NCBI GenBank assembly: GCA_963723945.1
Contig: CAVRSW010000025.1
Span: 6,962-70,961 of the forward strand
Source: an uncultured Actinomycetota bacterium
Lineage (GTDB): Bacteria; Actinomycetota; Actinomycetes; Propionibacteriales; Nocardioidaceae
Reading direction: 5' to 3'
DNA: 64,000 nucleotides
Positions 23,135 through 31,727 of this stretch are shown in pieces. Position numbers and translations under genes: made by a program. Below the pieces are notes generated by a model. The model had not been told where the DNA came from and did not search any database. It saw only the letters and a list, made by a program, of their open reading frames with translations. Positions within the stretch are counted from its first letter, which is position 1. Every line of letters begins with the position of its first letter.

Positions 23135-23966
23135 GCTGCGCGTCCGCGACCAGGATCCGCGCCGAGACCACGCCCACGAGGGCCAGCCCGGCGACGTAGC
23201 CGACCGCAGCCGGGCTCGACCACTCGAGCGCGTCGCCGTAGCGCACGAGCGCGACCGCCTGCAGCACCACGAAGGTCGCTCCCGTCCAGCCCAGCGGTCG
23301 TACGCCACCGACGTCGTCGACCAGCCGGGCGTGACCGGCCGCCCACCCGAGCCCGACCAGCCACGCGCCCACCGCTCGCGCGGTGAGGTCGGTCAGCGGC
23401 CACGCCCAGAGCACCGCCGCGGTCGTCGGCGCCACCAGCAGCACGACGCCGGTGCCGAGCAGGACGACGGCGAGCACGACCAGCATCACCCGCAACCCGG
23501 TCGCGAGCGGGACCTGCGGCGGCGCCGTCCCCGAGCCCGCCCGGTCCGGCCGGGTCTGCCGCCACGCGATCACCAGCATCGCCACGGGGACGACGGCGTA
23601 GATCGCCAGCCACCCCCAGGTCACCAGCCGGGCGGTGACCGGCTGGTCGGACCCGAGGTGGAACTTGTCGAGGTGGACCAGCGTCACCACCAGCGTCAGC
23701 GTCGTGAAGACGAAGACCGTCCAGACCGACAGCCGTGCGTGGCCCCAGACCGCCGCCCGGGACCCGGCGACCTCGAGCACGGCGCTGGACCAGTAGGAGG
23801 CGCCCAGGAAGACCGCGGTCATCGGGACGTCGATCGTCCAGGCGAACCAGTCCTCCGTACGCAACGGGAAGACGAACAGCTGCAGCCCGGCCAGGAAGAC
23901 CAGGAACGCCGCCAGCTGCAGCAGCCGCCGCATCGACGGGATCAGTGGTTCCTGCTCATGCGCCAT
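23094..23966 (-). CDS. Multi-pass membrane protein of unknown function with an internal two-fold repeat
   Basis: About 8 hydrophobic segments; FAWTIDVPMTAVFLGA resembles WAWPLTDLTARAVGA; overlaps the trxB-like stop. Confidence 0.7.
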   Translation of the reverse strand: MAHEQEPLIPSMRRLLQLAAFLVFLAGLQLFVFPLRTEDWFAWTIDVPMTAVFLGASYWSSAVLEVAGSRAAVWGHARLSVWTVFVFTTLTLVVTLVHLDKFHLGSDQPVTARLVTWGWLAIYAVVPVAMLVIAWRQTRPDRAGSGTAPPQVPLATGLRVMLVVLAVVLLGTGVVLLVAPTTAAVLWAWPLTDLTARAVGAWLVGLGWAAGHARLVDDVGGVRPLGWTGATFVVLQAVALVRYGDALEWSSPAAVGYVAGLALVGVVSARILVADAQLRAAAGTASASPR

Positions 23967-25665
23967 CCCGGTGACCACCTTCGCCCTTGCCCTCCCGCGG
24001 GTGCTCGGCGAGGTAGCCGTGCACCAGCGAGATCACGGTCGCGCCGTCGCCGACGGCGGTCGCCACCCGCTTGATGGAGCCCGCCCGGACGTCGCCGATG
24101 GCGAAGACCCCCGGCAGCGTGGTCTCGAGCGGCCGGCGCATCGCGGCCTGCGGGTCGTCGTCCGGGTCGGGGCCGGTGCGGACGAACCCGGTGCGGTCCC
24201 GCAGCACCGACTCGGGCAGCCACGACGTCCGGGGCACCGAGCCGATCAGGACGAAGAGGCCGGCCGCCTCGAGCTCCTCGGTGTCACCCCCCTCGGGGTC
24301 GCCGACGGTGACCGCCGCCAGGCACTCGTCGACCTCACGGCCACCCTGTACGGCTGCCCGGTAGCGGATGCTCACGTTGCTGGTGGCCTCGAGCTGGGAG
24401 ATCAGGTACTCCGACATGCTCGCGGCCAGTGAGGGGCCGCGCACGAGAAGTGTCACGTGCCGGGCGTACTTCGCGAGGTGCAGCGCCGCCTGGCCCGCGG
24501 AGTTGCCGCCCCCGACGACGTACACCGGTTCGCCTGTCATCGACGGGGCCTCGGACACCGCGGCGCCGTAGAACACACCGCGCCCGATCAGGCGCTCCAG
24601 CACGGGGACCTCGAGCCTCCGGTAGTCGACCCCGGTGGCGACCACGACGGCGCGGGCGCGGACCACGCTGCCGTCGGCCATCGACACCGTGCGCAGGTCA
24701 CCCTCGACCCCCAGCCCCTGCACCGGACGCATGAAGGAGTACTCCGTGCCGAAGGTCCAGGCCTGCTGGAACGACCGGTAGGCGAGGTGGGCACCGCTGA
24801 TCCCCCGGGAGAAGCCCGGGTAGTTGCGGATCAGCGAGCTGGTGCCGGCCTGGCCACCGACCGCCTGCTGCTCGACGACCAGCGTGGACAGCCCCTCGGA
24901 GGACGCGTAGACCGCCGCCGCGAGGCCGGACGGTCCCGCGCCCACGACGACCACGTCGTAGACCCGGTCCGGGGAGAGTGGCGCCATCAGCCCGAAGGCC
25001 TCGGCGATCTCGAGGTCGGTCGGGTTGACCAGCGTCGTCGGCGGGGAGGTGAACGACAGCACGACGACCGGCAGGTCCGGGTCCTCCAGACCGAGCCCCG
25101 AGAGCATCCGGTCGCTCGCGTCGGTCCCCACCTGGTGGAAGGCGACCGGGATGTGGTTGCGTCCGAAGGAGTCGCGCAGCGAGTGGGTCCGCTCGTCCCG
25201 CGCCTCGCCGATCAGCCGCACCGCCTCGAAGCCGAGGCCCTGGGCGAGGTGCCAGTCGTCGAGCGCGTCGGTGAGGGCGCCGTGGAACTCCTCGTCACGG
25301 GATCGCTCGGGTCGCAGCACCAGCAGCTCGGCGTGCCCGTGGGCGATCGCCGAGAACACCGCGGACGTACTGGCGAAGTCTCCCCAGATCGCGGCGACCA
25401 CTCGCTTGGCCGACGGGTGCAGGGCGTACGCCCGGCGCAGGAAGACGAGGCCGTCGCGGTCGTGGGGGCCGTAGCAGCCGATGACCAGGGCGACCTGACG
25501 CCCCCACCTGCGCAGCCCCTCGAGCACGGCTCTGGCGTGCTGGTAGTCGGCGCAGACGACCACCTCGTAGTCGGCGCCGTAGCGCCGTCGGAGCTCGGAT
25601 CCGAGCACCTCGCGCGACGTGGCGTCGGAGGTCGCGAGCATGATGACAGGATCTGTGTCCCCCAT
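23956..25665 (-). CDS. Thioredoxin-reductase-like FAD oxidoreductase with N-terminal receiver-like domain
   Basis: GAGPSG, GGQAGTSSLIRNYPGF, GGGNSAGQ and GDVRAGSIKRVATAVGDG motifs; GVFYGAAVSEA replaces CxxC. Confidence 0.85.
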   Translation of the reverse strand: MGDTDPVIMLATSDATSREVLGSELRRRYGADYEVVVCADYQHARAVLEGLRRWGRQVALVIGCYGPHDRDGLVFLRRAYALHPSAKRVVAAIWGDFASTSAVFSAIAHGHAELLVLRPERSRDEEFHGALTDALDDWHLAQGLGFEAVRLIGEARDERTHSLRDSFGRNHIPVAFHQVGTDASDRMLSGLGLEDPDLPVVVLSFTSPPTTLVNPTDLEIAEAFGLMAPLSPDRVYDVVVVGAGPSGLAAAVYASSEGLSTLVVEQQAVGGQAGTSSLIRNYPGFSRGISGAHLAYRSFQQAWTFGTEYSFMRPVQGLGVEGDLRTVSMADGSVVRARAVVVATGVDYRRLEVPVLERLIGRGVFYGAAVSEAPSMTGEPVYVVGGGNSAGQAALHLAKYARHVTLLVRGPSLAASMSEYLISQLEATSNVSIRYRAAVQGGREVDECLAAVTVGDPEGGDTEELEAAGLFVLIGSVPRTSWLPESVLRDRTGFVRTGPDPDDDPQAAMRRPLETTLPGVFAIGDVRAGSIKRVATAVGDGATVISLVHGYLAEHPREGKGEGGHRDGA

Positions 25666-25778
25666 GGCCGCCCCCTCCCCTTGGCAACCCCGGTCAATCC
25701 GCGACCACGCTACCGGCGGGCGCCGCGACGCGCGAGGGCATAACGGGCCGTGCGGGTCCGCCCCGCGGGCGATCCGCG

Positions 25779-26723
25779 TCAGGCAGGGAGGTGGGTGCGA
25801 GGAGCCATCCGCGGGCCGAGCCGGGGCCGGTGGAGGCCGGCCAGCGACACGAGGTGCTGGACCCGGCCGCGATGGGGCCGGTACGGCTCGAGGAACTCCT
25901 CGAGCTCGTCGTCGTCGAACGCGGCACCCGTGAGCGCCCACCCGATGTCCTTCGCGACGTGGTAGTCGCCGAACGACACCGCGTCGGCATCGCCCATCGC
26001 GCGCATCCGTACCTCGGCGCTGGTCCAGCGGCCGATCCCCGGCAGCGACTGCAGCGCGCGGTCGGCCTCGGCCGCACTCATCGTGGTGGTGCGCTCGATC
26101 GCGTGGGCCACCCGCGCGGCCATCACCACGGCCTTGGAGCGGCCGGGGTCGATGTGCATCTTCAGCCACTCCCACGACGGGACGTTGCGCAGCGTCTCGG
26201 GGTCGGGCTGCACCCAGACGCCGAGGTCGTGGCCCGGCCCGGGGGCGCGGTTGCCCCAGCGGTGCACCAGGTTGCGGAAGCCGGCGAAGGCCTCCTGGCC
26301 GGTCACCTTCTGCTCGATGATCGCGGGGACGAGCGCCTCCATCACCAGGCCGCTGCGGCCGATCCGCCAGTCGCGGTGGTGACGCCACACGTCGGCGATG
26401 ATCTGGTGGTGGGGCTCGAAGCCGGTCGGGTCGTCGTCGGCGCCGAGCAGCCCCGGGACCGACTCCAGCGCCCAGTCGGCACCCTCTCCCCAGGCGGCCG
26501 TGTAGACGGCGCCGTCGCGCAGCCGGGTGTCGACCATCAGGGTGGCGTCACCCTCGGGGGTGCGCAGGCCCCGCCAGTGTCGCCCCTGGAAGTCGACCTT
26601 GTAGGTCGGGTCGGCGCCGCCGTGACGCTGCTGCCCGAGGATCGCGCCCACCGGGACCGGCCACGAGGGCTCCCAGAGCCGGGTGCTGCCACGAGGGCCG
26701 GCGGCGTCGGTCACGGAGGTCAC
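25779..26723 (-). CDS. AlkA-like HhH-GPD DNA-3-methyladenine glycosylase family protein
   Basis: AIIEQKVT, HhH motif LPGIGRWTS and GDYH; TACCCT -10 before GTG 26723. Confidence 0.85.
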   Translation of the reverse strand: MTSVTDAAGPRGSTRLWEPSWPVPVGAILGQQRHGGADPTYKVDFQGRHWRGLRTPEGDATLMVDTRLRDGAVYTAAWGEGADWALESVPGLLGADDDPTGFEPHHQIIADVWRHHRDWRIGRSGLVMEALVPAIIEQKVTGQEAFAGFRNLVHRWGNRAPGPGHDLGVWVQPDPETLRNVPSWEWLKMHIDPGRSKAVVMAARVAHAIERTTTMSAAEADRALQSLPGIGRWTSAEVRMRAMGDADAVSFGDYHVAKDIGWALTGAAFDDDELEEFLEPYRPHRGRVQHLVSLAGLHRPRLGPRMAPRTHLPA

Positions 26724-26818
26724 ACCCGGAGGGTAGGCCACCGGACCCACCGCGGGTCAGACCCCGTGGGTGAAGTTTCACGTCCGCGGGGGCCGCCCCG
26801 GTGATCTATGGTGCGTGC

Positions 26819-27679
26819 GTGGCAGATCCCGACCGGCCCGACCGCCGTGACCTCGAGTCCGGCATCGAGACCGACTTCCGGCAGCAGATGTCGTACGGCG
26901 ACTACCTCTGTCTCGACCAGCTGCTGTCCGCGCAGCGGCCGCAGAGCGACCCGCCGATGCACGACGAGCTGCTCTTCATCGTCCAGCACCAGACCAGCGA
27001 GCTGTGGCTGAAGCTGATGGTCCACGAGCTGCGGTCGGCGAGGGCCTTGCTGGCCACCGACGACCTGGCCCCGGCCCTCAAGCGGCTGGCGCGGGTCAAG
27101 CACGTCCAGCACACGCTCACCGACCAGTGGTCGGTGCTGGCCACGATGACCCCGAGCGAGTACGCCCAGATCCGGCCGTTCCTGGCGACCTCCTCGGGCT
27201 TCCAGTCAGCCCAGTACCGCGAGGTCGAGTTCCTGCTCGGCAACAAGGACGCCGACATGCTGCCCGTCCACGGCCACGACCCGGTCGCGCGGGAGGTGCT
27301 GGCACAGCTGCTCCACGAGCCGTCGCTCTACGACGAGTTCCTGCGCCACCTCGCACGGGGCGGCTACCCCGTACCGCCGGAGCTCGTGGAGCGGGACTGG
27401 TCGGTGAAGCACCAGGCCCACGCCGGCCTGGTCGACCTGTTCGCGACCGTCTACGCCGCACCGGAGCAGCACTGGGGCGTGTACGAGACCTGCGAGGAGC
27501 TCGTCGACCTCGAGGACAACTTCCAGGAGTGGCGGTTCCGGCACCTGCAGGTCGTGCAGCGCACCATCGGCCACAAGACCGGCACCGGTGGGTCCTCCGG
27601 CGTCGCGTTCCTGCGCCGGGCGCTCGACCTGACCTTCTTCCCCGAGCTCTACGAGGTGCGCACCCGCATCGGTGGGTGA
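26819..27679 (+). CDS. kynA: Tryptophan 2,3-dioxygenase
   Basis: YGDYL..LLSAQ, HDELLFIVQHQTSELW, SSGFQSAQYR and GTGGSSGV motifs. Confidence 0.95.
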   Translation: MADPDRPDRRDLESGIETDFRQQMSYGDYLCLDQLLSAQRPQSDPPMHDELLFIVQHQTSELWLKLMVHELRSARALLATDDLAPALKRLARVKHVQHTLTDQWSVLATMTPSEYAQIRPFLATSSGFQSAQYREVEFLLGNKDADMLPVHGHDPVAREVLAQLLHEPSLYDEFLRHLARGGYPVPPELVERDWSVKHQAHAGLVDLFATVYAAPEQHWGVYETCEELVDLEDNFQEWRFRHLQVVQRTIGHKTGTGGSSGVAFLRRALDLTFFPELYEVRTRIGG

Positions 27680-27683
27680 GGAC

Positions 27684-27705
27684 TGTCCGCCCTCGCGGCT
27701 AGCCT
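27684..27705 (+). promoter_or_regulatory. Candidate RecA-NDp/PafBC-type promoter of ligB (leaderless)
   Basis: TGTCCG-N10-TAGCCT then 6 nt to GTG 27712; one mismatch to TGTCGG-N10-TAnnnT. Confidence 0.55.
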
Positions 27706-27711
27706 GACGGC

Positions 27712-29232
27712 GTGCTGATCGCCGACCTGGTCTCCACCTCCGCTGCCGTGGCCGCCACGCGTTCGCGCAAGGCCAAGGTGGCCGCGCTGGCCGAGGCGCT
27801 GGCCGCAGCCGATCGTGACGAGCTGCCCCTGGTGACCGCCTACCTGGCCGGGTCGCTGCTGCAGCGGCGCACCGGCCTGGGCTGGCGCGGGCTCCGGACC
27901 CTGCCCGACCCCGCCGACTCGTCCTCCCTCACCGTGCAGGAGGTGCACGACTCGTTCGACCGGCTGGCCGCGCTCGAGGGTGCGGGATCCCAGCAGGCGC
28001 GGGCGCAGGCGGTGGCCGACCTGTTCGGCCGGGCCACGGCCGAGGAGCAGCGGTGGCTGGGCGGGCTGGTCACGGGCGAGCTGCGGCAGGGCGCCCTCGA
28101 CGCCCAGGTGCAGGAGGCGCTGGCCGCGGCCGCCGGCGTGCCGATCGCGGCCGTCCGGCGGGCCGCGATGCTGGCCGGCTCGACCGTCGCGATCTCCGCG
28201 ACCGCATTCGAGGGCGAGCGGGCCCTCGCCGCGATCGGGCTCGAGGTCGGCCGCCCGGTACTGCCGATGCTCGCCGCGAGCGCGCCCGACGTCGCCGCCG
28301 CCGTCGCGAAGGCGGCCCCGGACGGCGTACCCGTCTCGGTCGACACCAAGCTCGACGGGATCAGGATCCAGGTGCACCGCTCCGGCGACGAGGTCGTGAT
28401 CGCCACCCGCAGCCTCGACGACATCACCCACCGGCTCCCCGAGGTGGTCGCGCTGGCCAGGTCGCTGCCGGCCGAGCGGTTCGTCCTCGACGGCGAGGCG
28501 ATCGCGCTCGACGAGTCCGGGCGGCCGCGCCCCTTCCAGGAGACCGCGTCCCGGACGGCCATGGACGCCGGGGTCGAGGTCACCGGCTACTTCTTCGACC
28601 TGCTCCACCTCGACGGCCGCGACCTGCTCGACGCGCCGGGGTCGGAGCGGGTCGCGGCGCTGGAGGCACTGGTGCCGGAGGCGTCACTGGTGCCGCGCAT
28701 CGAGACCGCCGACCCCGCGGAGGCGCAGGCCTTCGCCGACCAGGTCCTCGCCCGCGGGCACGAGGGCGTGGTCGTGAAGAGCCTGGGCGCCCCCTACGCC
28801 GCCGGCCGCCGCGGTGCCGGCTGGGTCAAGGCCAAGCCCGTCCACACCCTCGACCTGGTCGTGCTCGCCGTCGAGTGGGGATCCGGCCGCCGCCACGGGT
28901 GGCTGTCCAACATCCACCTCGGCGCCCGCGACCCCGGCTCGGACTCCTGGGTGATGCTGGGCAAGACCTTCAAGGGGATGACCGACGAGATGCTGGCCTG
29001 GCAGACCGAGCGCTTCCTGGCGCTCGAGACCTCGCGTGAGGGCCACGTCGTCCACGTCCGGCCCGAGCAGGTCGTCGAGATCGCCTTCGACGGCCTGCAG
29101 CGCTCCAGCCGCTATCCCGGCGGGCTGGCGCTGCGCTTCGCCCGCGTGGTGCGCTACCGCGACGACAAGAGCGCCGCCGAGGCCGACACGATCGAGAACG
29201 TGCGGTCGATGTCGGTTCCGCCGGCGGGCTGA
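27712..29232 (+). CDS. ligB: ATP-dependent DNA ligase LigB
   Basis: KLDGIRIQ, LDGE, FFDLL, EGVVVK, WVKAK and LRFARV..RDDK motifs. Confidence 0.92.
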   Translation: MLIADLVSTSAAVAATRSRKAKVAALAEALAAADRDELPLVTAYLAGSLLQRRTGLGWRGLRTLPDPADSSSLTVQEVHDSFDRLAALEGAGSQQARAQAVADLFGRATAEEQRWLGGLVTGELRQGALDAQVQEALAAAAGVPIAAVRRAAMLAGSTVAISATAFEGERALAAIGLEVGRPVLPMLAASAPDVAAAVAKAAPDGVPVSVDTKLDGIRIQVHRSGDEVVIATRSLDDITHRLPEVVALARSLPAERFVLDGEAIALDESGRPRPFQETASRTAMDAGVEVTGYFFDLLHLDGRDLLDAPGSERVAALEALVPEASLVPRIETADPAEAQAFADQVLARGHEGVVVKSLGAPYAAGRRGAGWVKAKPVHTLDLVVLAVEWGSGRRHGWLSNIHLGARDPGSDSWVMLGKTFKGMTDEMLAWQTERFLALETSREGHVVHVRPEQVVEIAFDGLQRSSRYPGGLALRFARVVRYRDDKSAAEADTIENVRSMSVPPAG

Positions 29233-29250
29233 TCGCGCCACACTGGATCG

Positions 29251-29505
29251 ATGACCGCCGTCCTGCTGGCCTTCGTCGACGGGTCCCAGCAGTTCGTCGA
29301 CGACGCCCACGTGCACGGCGTACGCGACGGGATGCTGCAGCTCGCGGCCGGCGAGCCGGGGGCGGGCCTGGACGTGGAGGTCGTCCGGACGGTGCCCCTG
29401 GTCGACCTCTCCTTCGCGGAGACCCACGCCGGGGACGCCGACGGCGACGAGAGCGACACCTCGATGGGGTCGACGTGGTTCATGTCGTCGGACAGCGACG
29501 GGTGA
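29251..29505 (+). CDS. Small acidic hypothetical protein
   Basis: 84-aa ORF filling the ligB-tetR gap, with GC-rich third codon positions. Confidence 0.5.
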   Translation: MTAVLLAFVDGSQQFVDDAHVHGVRDGMLQLAAGEPGAGLDVEVVRTVPLVDLSFAETHAGDADGDESDTSMGSTWFMSSDSDG

Positions 29506-29531
29506 GGCCCGCCGAGACTGTCGTCACACGT

Positions 29532-29556
29532 GTGCAACTGCGAGTTGCACTAATCT
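29532..29556 (+). promoter_or_regulatory. TetR autoregulatory operator abutting a leaderless -10
   Basis: Perfect palindrome GTGCAACT-gcg-AGTTGCAC (29532-29550), then TAATCT and 6 nt to ATG 29563. Confidence 0.7.
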
Positions 29557-29562
29557 GGCCGC

Positions 29563-30246
29563 ATGGCAGAGCGGGCTCCCGAGACCGACGGCCGGCGTAC
29601 CGCCGCCGCTGCTCGCCGCCGCAAGCGCGAGGCCGAGATCATCGGCGCGACCCGCGCGCTCTTCGACCGCAGCGGCGTGCGGGACGCCCAGATCGACCAG
29701 ATCGCGCAGGCCGTCGGGGTCAACCGCGCGATCGTCTACCGGCACTTCACCGGCAAGGAGGAGCTGTTCGCGCTGACCCTCGTGGAGTACCTCGACGAGC
29801 TGCGCGAGGCCCTCACCGAGGCCGACGCGGCCGGCGGTGACGCGGCCGACCGGCTGACCCGGATCACCGAGGCGTTCGTCGACTACGGCGTGGCCCACCC
29901 CGCGTTCGTCGACTGCGCGCAGACCCTGATGCGACGTACCGGCCCCGAGCTGCTCGAGGAGATGTCGGAGTCGGCGGTGTGGCGGCTGGGCCGGGCGATC
30001 TCCACCTGCCTGGCGGTCCTCGAGTCGGCGCTCGAGGCCGGGGTCGAGGCCGGCGACTTCAGCGTCGACGACCCGACCCTGCTCGCGAACACGCTCTACG
30101 CCAGCGGGCTCGGTGCGCTGCAGCTCGCCCGGGTCGGGATCCTGGTCAAGGAGTCCTCCCCCGGCGTCCCGACCGTCGGCCGGGTCTCGCCCGAGCAGGT
30201 CCGCGACTACCTCGTCGCCAGCGCGCTCGCCCTCGCCACCCGCTGA
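29563..30246 (+). CDS. TetR family transcriptional regulator
   Basis: HTH IAQAVGVNRAIVYRHFTGKEEL. Confidence 0.92.
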   Translation: MAERAPETDGRRTAAAARRRKREAEIIGATRALFDRSGVRDAQIDQIAQAVGVNRAIVYRHFTGKEELFALTLVEYLDELREALTEADAAGGDAADRLTRITEAFVDYGVAHPAFVDCAQTLMRRTGPELLEEMSESAVWRLGRAISTCLAVLESALEAGVEAGDFSVDDPTLLANTLYASGLGALQLARVGILVKESSPGVPTVGRVSPEQVRDYLVASALALATR

Positions 30247-30247
30247 C

Positions 30248-30322
30248 GGTCGAGTCGCCACTCGCGCGGGTCGAGTCGCCGACCCGGCTGGCAGCTCGAC
30301 CCGCCGGGGTGGCAACTCGACC
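30248..30322. repeat. Nested REP-like element (2 direct + 2 inverted 12-bp units, 21-bp period) between convergent genes
   Basis: ggtcgagtcgcc at 30248 and 30269; ggcagctcgacc at 30290 and ggcaactcgacc at 30311. Confidence 0.75.
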
Positions 30323-30330
30323 GGTCGGGA

Positions 30331-31611
30331 CTACTTCTCGAGGATGGCGACGACGCCCTGGCCGCCGGCGGCGCAGATCGAGATCAGCACCCGGCCCGAG
30401 CCCTTCTGGTCCAGCAGCTTGGCGGCGGTCGCCAGGATCCGGCCGCCGGTGGCCGCGAACGGGTGGCCGGCGGCGAGCGAGGAGCCGTTGACGTTCAGCT
30501 TCGCGCGGTCGATCGAGCCCAGCGGCGCGTCGAGGCCGAGCCGCTCCTTGCAGAAGATCGGGTCCTCCCAGGCCTTGAGCGTCGAGAGCACCTGCGACGC
30601 GAACGCCTCGTGGACCTCGTAGAAGTCGAAGTCCTGCAGCGAGAGCCCCTCGCGCTGCAGCATCCGCGACACGGCGTACGCCGGGGCCATCAGCAGCCCC
30701 TCGGCCCCGTGGACGTAGTCGACCGCGGCGGTCTCGTAGGACCGGACGAAGGCGAGCGTCGGCAGGTCGTGCTCGGCGGCCCAGTCCTCGGAGGCCAGCA
30801 GCACCGCCGAGGCGCCGTCGGTCAGCGGGGTGGAGTTGCCCGCGGTCATCGTCGCCGCCAGGCCCTTGCCGAAGACCGGCTTCAGCCTCGCCAGCTTCTC
30901 GACCGACGAGTCCGGCCGCAGGTTGTTGTCGCGCTCGAGCCCGCGGAACGGCGTGACCTGGTCGTCGAGGAAGCCCGCGTCGTACGCCGCCGCGAGCCGC
31001 TGGTGGGAGGTCGCCGCCAGCTCGTCCTGCTCCTCGCGACCGATCTGCCACTCCAGCGCGGTCAGAGCGGCGTGCTCGCCCATGGACAGCCGGGTGCGGG
31101 GCTCACCGTTCTGCGGGATCTCGAGCCCGATGTCACCGGGGCGGATCGCGCCGAGCGCCTTGATCCGACCGACGGTGTCGCGCGCGGCGTTCACCTTCAT
31201 CAGCTTCTTGCGCAGCTTGTCGCTGATGGCGACGGGCGCGTCGGAGGTGGTGTCGGTGCCGCCGGCGATGCCCGCATCGATCTGGCCGAGGGCGATCTTG
31301 TCGGCCACCTGGATCGCCGCCTGCAGGCCGGTGCCGCAGGCCTGCTGGATGTCGGTCGCAGGGGTCTCCGCCGAGAGCCGCGAACCGAGCACCGCCTCAC
31401 GGGTCAGGTTGAAGTCGCGGGCGTGCTTGAGCACGGCGCCGGCGACCACCTCCCCGAGCCGGGCGCCCTGCAGCCCGAAGCGGGTCACCAGGCCGTCGAT
31501 GGCCGCGGTGAGCATCTCCTGGTTGGAGGCGTCCGCGTAGGCGGTGTTGGAACGGGCGAACGGGATCCGGTTGCCGCCGACGACGGCGACGCGACGTGTG
31601 GTGGTCTCCAT
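30331..31611 (-). CDS. fadA2: Acetyl-CoA C-acetyltransferase (FadA2-like thiolase)
   Basis: QQACGTG, HEAF, GHPFAATGGR and CAAGGQG motifs; divergent from fabG4. Confidence 0.88.
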   Translation of the reverse strand: METTTRRVAVVGGNRIPFARSNTAYADASNQEMLTAAIDGLVTRFGLQGARLGEVVAGAVLKHARDFNLTREAVLGSRLSAETPATDIQQACGTGLQAAIQVADKIALGQIDAGIAGGTDTTSDAPVAISDKLRKKLMKVNAARDTVGRIKALGAIRPGDIGLEIPQNGEPRTRLSMGEHAALTALEWQIGREEQDELAATSHQRLAAAYDAGFLDDQVTPFRGLERDNNLRPDSSVEKLARLKPVFGKGLAATMTAGNSTPLTDGASAVLLASEDWAAEHDLPTLAFVRSYETAAVDYVHGAEGLLMAPAYAVSRMLQREGLSLQDFDFYEVHEAFASQVLSTLKAWEDPIFCKERLGLDAPLGSIDRAKLNVNGSSLAAGHPFAATGGRILATAAKLLDQKGSGRVLISICAAGGQGVVAILEK

Positions 31612-31727
31612 GGACCCCATTGTGACTCACCAGTAACGTGGACCGGAACCGTCTGAGTCACACGTCACCCTGAGGCCCACCTCACGAACTGTGGACGCCG
31701 AGTTACACGAGGAGTTACATACCGGCC

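Noticed and set aside
26819-27679. kynA without adjacent kynU/kynB as a novel pathway
   Set aside because: Kynurenine genes are often dispersed in actinobacteria; nothing in the window supports a special role.
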